From the NCBI RefSeq assembly GCF_001194135.2, contig NC_068982.1:172897078-172938087 (forward strand): a stretch of DNA of 41,010 nt. The letters run 5' to 3'. This document shows, piece after piece, positions 35,171-41,010 of the stretch. Below the pieces are notes generated by a model. The model was not told the DNA's origin. It saw nothing but the letters and a program-made list of their open reading frames with translations, and did not search any database. The DNA is from Octopus bimaculoides (taxonomy: Eukaryota). The position numbers and the translations under genes are program-made. Each line of letters begins with the position of its first letter. Position 1 is the stretch's first letter.

Positions 35171-35717
35171 GACTCTGCTTTTTTTCCTTTCTGAGTTGAT
35201 ATTGGATATTACTTTTTAAGTTTCCTGAGAAAGTATGGGAGGCATCTTGACTGGTTTCGGTTTTATCTGTGTGATTTCATTTGCAAAGCATAAAATTCAC
35301 TCTACTTACCTAAGCTGTGATGAGTGAAAAACTAAATGAACAAGGTTTTATATGTGTAGGTGTGTAGGAGGACATCTGAATATCTGAAGCCCATCATTCT
35401 TTTGTTATTCATCTTTTCCCTTTTCTTCTGAGAAAGATCCCAATAAATCAGAAATAAATATAATCAATATTAGATGAATACAAAAGAGCCTCACCCTCCA
35501 AAAAAATCTTTTATTTAAAAAAAAATTTTCATTTTCAAAATATTTCCTTTCTCGCTTGTTTTCTTGAGGAAAAAATGAAAAAGAAAAAATATCCCCCAGA
35601 ATTAAGAAATAGTAAAAAAAAAAAAATAAAAACAAACTATTATTGCCTTTTTCCTGTAACTTCTTTTTCGTCTATCTTTAACATATCTTTTCTTCCCTCT
35701 TTATCGTTTGCTTACAG

Positions 35718-35801
35718 CCAACAACACAGTAGCTTGAACCCTGCACTCCGCGCTCGTTTCGATGAAGAGATTGACCGTTTATACAACGTGGCTCCGGACA
35801 G
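35718..35801 (+). CDS. Internal coding exon (84 nt, phase 2-2) of an unidentified + strand gene; (x)QQHSSLNPALRARFDEEIDRLYNVAPD(R/S)
   Basis: Long pyrimidine-rich tract ending cttacag| at 35717 and strong donor cag|gtcagt at 35802. Length is a multiple of 3. It is GC/CpG-rich against an AT-rich background, has an open protein-like frame, and lies in ORF 35575..35841. Protein family not recognised. Confidence 0.7.
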
Positions 35802-36784
35802 GTCAGTGTGGGTATTTTGTTTCTTTGTGCTCTCAATGTAACATGAACATTTAGGGAAGGTGGGGAGAGGTGAGTGACTACCATGTCCATTTCTCAAGAT
35901 GCTTTTTGCCCAACTGGCAAACTTGATGATTGAACCTTTATTTTAAAAGAAATGTTTTTTTTCTCCTACCCATCCATCAACTTGTAAACCATCATTACTC
36001 TCACATATATACATATATAAGATAACCTAATAAAAGATTGTATGAATCAGAAACAGAAGAATATTAACAGTGAGGTCTCCAGTTTGCGTTAATGAATAAC
36101 TTCAACTACATATTATCATCATTTTAATGGCTACTTTTCCATGCTTGCATAGAGTCAGACAGGAGTTTGATTGGGCAGAAATTTCTACTGTTGGATGCTG
36201 TTTCTTATAACACCACCACCACCACCTTTTTCCATGTGAATTAATAATCTTCCAGTGTATCAAACAACAAAACAGCTTGGACTTGGTTACACAGAAAACT
36301 GGCAGCAAATGATAGTGTATGAATGAGCCTTCTGCTTACAAAGCACACACAGCACATCAAGATGCCCACATGTGCTTTCACAGTGTATCACAAGCACATG
36401 TTACCATCTGCATGAAACAGTGCAGCCATTGTTTACAACCACTGATTACACAGGAAGATAAAGAGGAAATACAAACTCACACACACACACACAGCTGGAT
36501 CATTTCAGTTTCTGCCAACCACATTCCCTCACATCTTTGTCATCCACCATGTATTTAGTGCGCCTAAACACATGTTCTCTGGCACAAGCCTTCCTCAAAG
36601 AATATGAGCGAAATGGGAAAAGCATGGGGTGGCGACTCAGTCTTTAATGAATAAATTCTATACTATTTGTATTATATATATTTTTTTTTATGCTCTTGTT
36701 TGTACACCCAAATTTATATTATCAGCCAGACAGACTGCTGTATTCTCATTCAGTGGAGGGTGTTTGCTTAGCAACTTCATTCAT

Positions 36785-36956
36785 GCCAGTGCTACAGAAA
36801 AAGCCCCAGTGCACTTTCTAATGTGCTTGTCATTAGGAAGGGCATTCAACTGTAGAAACTATGAAAACCGAGGCAAGACTTGATACTTGGATCTGTTGGA
36901 TCTTGTCAAGCTGTCTAACCCATACCAGTATGGAAAGCGGAGGTGAAATGATGATG
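36785..36956 (+). mobile_element. Retroposon family D, decayed
   Basis: aaaaagccccagtgcac...ttaggaagggcattc...aacccataccagtatggaaagcgg...atgatgatg. Confidence 0.6.
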
Positions 36957-37131
36957 TTTTCATAGATATATCGATACAATTTAATACCAATGAGGTAGTA
37001 GTTTATTGCTATATCAATTTAGCCTTTTGTTTTGCCTTTTCTTTTTCATTCCACGATTTAAAACATTAACATGTTTTTCATCTCTATTTCTTTAAGGCAG
37101 AGCATTATATTGTTTCCCAAATGCAAAACTG

Positions 37132-37163
<32 letters not shown>

Positions 37164-37904
37164 CTGCGCGTGCACACAAGAAATTGGAAAACTGAGTTGT
37201 AATGTAAAATAAGGTTTTGTGACATTGGCAAATGAGTCCAGTAATTGATGTTGTTAGGCATACAATATTTTCAGTTATATATAAAATCATGTGCATACAC
37301 AATGTGTTTGTCCATGCTTTGTTTTTTTATTTTTAACATATAATACCTTTCTTACTGCTAGCCACTTGGTCATGAAACAAGAGTGGACTATTATTTTTGT
37401 TCTTTTTCTGCACCTCTCTCTCAGATTGGGTAACCTTTTCCAAGAAGTGAGCTGCACTACTAAAAAAAAAAAAGTTCTAAGCAATGTTTTCTTGGTGTAT
37501 CGTTCAGAAAGTCCCTTGGGCTGCTGTTTGCCTTAGACTGATGTGGACTCTATATCAACCAACGAAACAAACATTGTAAAAATTTCTGGTGACTTAATGT
37601 TTTGGGTGGTCGGGTAATATTGGTGGGTGGGAGAAGCACGATGGTGAAGTGTGTTCATTCAAATGAAACAAAACGAAATTTAAAAAAAAAAATTGCTTTT
37701 GATATCTCAAAAACTCTTCACTCTCCGCTGCCGCTAGGTTATGTTGACCTTATTGAATTCTGAAATTTGCAAGATCCACTTTGGAAAGATGGCAAAGAAA
37801 ATCTCTCTTATGTAATAAGCTATTATCCATTACGCTCCTATTTCCCCACTCTTTTCAAATTTTCGTTTCATTGGTGAGAAAAAACAACTACAACAGAAGC
37901 TTCA

Positions 37905-38530
37905 ACGAAAGTGCTGCAACAGCAGCAGTAACAACAACAACAGCAACAGCAGCAGCAACAATGCTGCAGTCAATAATAATCACTTCGATTTTTATTCCAT
38001 TCCTTCCATCCCTATCTGGGTGGGAGTGGATGGGTATCTGTAGTTTTATTTTACCTTTCTTTTCTTCTTTTTCTTCCTTTGCTGTTATATTCTGTGTTTT
38101 CAACCACCACTACCACCACCACCATCCCTATCAAAACCTTACCACCATCTCTCCACCACACCACAATCATCATCGTCGTCATCATCTTCATCATCTCGCT
38201 GCAATCTCCACTACACCACCGCCACCATCTCCATACCTACCACCACACCATTTGCGTCTCCCTCTATATCCACATCACCTACTCCATCTCCACTTACATC
38301 CACGGTTTCTCCGTCTTTTGGGGTGAATTACTTTACATTGCCTTATTGCATATTCAACAGAATTTTTTTTTGAGGTTTGGATATGATAATGGTGGTGATG
38401 GTGGCTGTTGTGGCTGGGTGGTCTTAACAATAGTAACGGTAGTTGTCGTAGTAATAGTAGTGGTGGTGATGTTAGTCTGGGCGATTATCGTGCTCAACCA
38501 TTGTAGCGGTGATGGTTGCTATAATAGCAG
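37905..38530. repeat. Low-complexity block: CAG/CAA, then CAC/CAT-rich, then GTG/GTA-rich degenerate triplets
   Basis: Directly visible; explains ORFs 37781..38326 and 38079..38561. Confidence 0.85.
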
Positions 38531-38652
38531 TTATAGTATTGTTGCATTTAAGCTCCACTAAATCCTTCACCAAGGAGCCTATGGTCAAAGCTATCTTCAC
38601 AATCCCCTTGTTTTATTCAGATATACTTTACCCAGCTATATATATATATATA

Positions 38653-38664
38653 AGATCGGAAGAG
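38653..38664 (+). other. Illumina adapter remnant
   Basis: AGATCGGAAGAG immediately before a gap. Confidence 0.97.
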
Positions 38665-38769
38665 NNNNNNNNNNTATATATATATATATATATATGTATA
38701 TACACCTCCTTTTTCTTTATATACAATATCTGTACACCACTTCAAACAATCTATACATGCTGCCTGACT

Positions 38770-39012
38770 GTGCCCTGTGCGAGTGGCATGTAAAAAGCAC
38801 CGTTCAAGTGTGGTCGATGTCAGTGCCACCTGACTGGCACATAAAAAGCACCCACTACACTCTAGATGTGGTTGGTGTTAGGAAGGGCATCCAGGTGTAG
38901 AAACCTTGCCAGATCAGATTGGGGCCTGTTGCAGCCGCCTGATTTGTCAGTCCTCAGTCAAACCATCCAACCCATGCCAGCATGGAAAGCAGACGTTAAA
39001 CAATGATGATGA
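38770..39012 (+). mobile_element. Retroposon family D (RTE-type 3' tail ending in (GAT)n)
   Basis: aaaaagcacc...ggaagggcatcc...ccaacccatgccagcatggaaagcagacgttaaacaatgatgatgat. Confidence 0.8.
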
Positions 39013-39018
39013 TATATA

Positions 39019-39067
<49 letters not shown>

Positions 39068-39450
39068 ACAGTAGGGTACATGATATGAAGGGAACTGCTT
39101 TAGGTACTGTTTGTAGGAGGTAACATAACAGAAGCTCCCTTATTGGTAAAAAAAGGTATCTTAATTCAATGTCCAATCTACAAAAGTCATTAAACCCATG
39201 CTAGAATGGAATATGGCTGTTAAATGGTGTTGTTTTCGTAGCCTTCTGGGTAACCTTGTGTTGCACTCTTTCTTTCTGCATCCAATTGCCAAATACCATC
39301 TCTCTCTCTCTCCCTTTCTCTCTCTCCATAATTGATGTGGTTAGTCACTGTTCTGCCTATGCACTGTCAATGCACATAGATATGCATATTTGCATTTAAA
39401 GCTCAATGTGCATGTTTATCTACTCAAGCATCCACGTGTATGTAGGCTTG

Positions 39451-39481
<31 letters not shown>

Positions 39482-39652
39482 TTATATTTACACATGGACA
39501 CATGAATTGGCGAGATGTGAAGGTATACACATAAATGTTTTTATAACTAAAGGTAGCTACCAAATACACCTGTTATGTCCTTGTGTATGATAGGTAGATA
39601 ATTATACATACAGGCACACATTACTATTTCACATTGATACTGAAATGGTACA

Positions 39653-39872
39653 AGGCGGTGAGCTGGCAGAACTGTTAGCACACTAGGCAAAGTGCATAGG
39701 GGTATTTTGTTAGGTCTTATGTTCTGAGTTCAAATTCCACCAAGCTCCATTTTTGCCTTTTATCCTTCCTGAGTCAGTTTAGTAAGTACCAGTTCATCAC
39801 TGGGGTTGATGTAATCGACTCACCCNNNNNNNNNNAATTGCTGGCCTTGTACCAAAATTTGAACCCAATATT
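39653..39872 (+). mobile_element. SINE family B (10-N gap inside)
   Basis: ggcggtgagctggcagaa...gttctgagttcaaattcc...ctggccttgtaccaaaatttgaa. Confidence 0.8.
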
Positions 39873-39949
39873 TAAATGGCACCTAATGGGACACATCTAT
39901 ACATGACTGTATCAACTTGTGTGTTGTGTCTCTTGGTAAATATATGTTC

Positions 39950-39982
<33 letters not shown>

Positions 39983-40025
39983 ACGCATACACAAGCACAC
40001 ACATTGATACAGTCATTTACACACG

Positions 40026-40430
40026 TTTACTCTTTCACTCTTTTACTAGTTTCAGTCATTTGATTGCTACCATGCTGGAGCACCGCCTTTAGTCGAGCAA
40101 ATCGATCCCAGGACTTATTCTTTGCAAGCCTAGTACTTATTTTATCGGTCTCTTTTGCCGAACTGCTAAGTTACGGGGACATAAACACACCAGCATCAGT
40201 TGTCAAGCGATGTTGGGGGGTCAAACACAGACACACAAACACATACACATATATATATACATATATACGACGAGCTTCTTTCAGTTTCCGTCTACCAAAT
40301 CCACTCACAAGGCTTTGGTCAGCCCGAGGCTATAGTAGAAGACACTTGCCCAAGATGCCACGCAGTGGGACTGAACCCGGGACCATGTGGTTGGTAAGCA
40401 AGCTACTTACCACACAGCCACTCCTACGCC
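40026..40430 (-). mobile_element. tRNA-derived SINE family A, full length and well preserved
   Basis: Reverse complement has A-box TGGCTGTGTGG, B-box GGTTCAGTCCC, core GTGAGTGGATTTGGTAGACGGAAACTGAAAGAAGC, an internal microsatellite and a tandem tail; matches the copies at 19117 and 22321. Confidence 0.9.
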
Positions 40431-40846
40431 TATTCATTTGTGCAGAAAGTGTATACTTTAGTACATGTATTGAGTGGTTGAGAAACAACTTTACTTAATC
40501 CTCCCTCTTCCTCATTATCTATTTCTTCCACCACCACCACCACTGTTTTTTAATTCTCATCCCCCCCCCCTCAGCCCCCTTCTCTTACTCATCCTCCAAA
40601 GTAACCTTTTATAATCCTGAAATTCTTCAAATATATTTCTTCAGCATTTCAAATTTTCCATTTGTCTGTCTAGTTATCCATGTCTGTCTTCCTATTTTGG
40701 TGTGTCAGTATTTCTTCTATTTATCCAAGGCATACTCTTATGTCTGTCTCCACATTTTTTTTTTCATCCTCATCATGTCTATCTGTCTTAGCATATTTAT
40801 CTACATGCTTTTTGTCTGATTATATCTCTGCCTATTTTCTAGTATT

Positions 40847-40894
<48 letters not shown>

Positions 40895-40900
<6 letters not shown>

Positions 40901-41010
40901 CTTTACTACCCACAAGGGGCTACACACAGAGGGGACAGACAAACGGATTAAGTCGATTATATCGACCCCAGTGCGTAACTGGTATTTATTTAATCAACCC
41001 CGAAGGATGA
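40895..41010 (-). mobile_element. SINE family B-related 3' end, running off the window
   Basis: gtcgattatatcgaccccagtgcgtaactggta...accccgaaggatga matches the family B core. Confidence 0.7.

Noticed and set aside
35304-35345. Minus-strand AG|GTAAGT resembling a recursive site
   Set aside because: The upstream tract contains other AGs (one only 5 nt away) and is less pyrimidine-pure. Kept as a reminder that the bare motif occurs by chance.
36559-36607. Possible terminal exon SAPKHMFSGTSLPQRI* in phase with 35801
   Set aside because: Only a moderate acceptor, no independent support; one of many possible short fits.
36771-36883. Acceptor plus open frame (end of ORF 36629..36883)
   Set aside because: Overlaps a decayed family D retroposon.
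37781-38561. 181-aa and 160-aa ORFs rich in His/Thr/Ala/Val
   Set aside because: Translations of degenerate triplet repeats; no convincing splice or start context.

Overview
Eukaryotic, AT-rich, repeat-dense DNA from a draft short-read assembly (8 N-gaps, two Illumina adapter remnants, one duplication across a gap). From memory, the (TA)/(TG)/(GA) microsatellite load and the SINE/MITE families look like a coleoid cephalopod, most likely Octopus; this is pattern recognition, not a database result. Nearly all ORFs in the supplied track are microsatellite, low-complexity or N-gap artefacts. The window reads as mostly intron. It has one convincing + strand internal coding exon (35718-35801, product unrecognised), a CpG-rich promoter-like island at about 7.1-9.2 kb, and several weaker exon and microexon candidates. 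Repeats include four SINE-type families, an RTE LINE 3' remnant, piggyBac-like (TTAA) MITEs, a clean hAT MITE with an 8-bp TSD, and two Penelope-type ends carrying degenerate minimal hammerhead ribozyme motifs. The best leads are RNA-level: a textbook recursive-splice (AG|GTAAGT) site at 17263/17264, microexon candidates that can close the reading frame, hammerhead relics, and fold-back structures that could be ADAR or small-RNA substrates. I found no rRNA, intact tRNA, CRISPR array or complete gene, and I cannot claim a new biological system from sequence alone.
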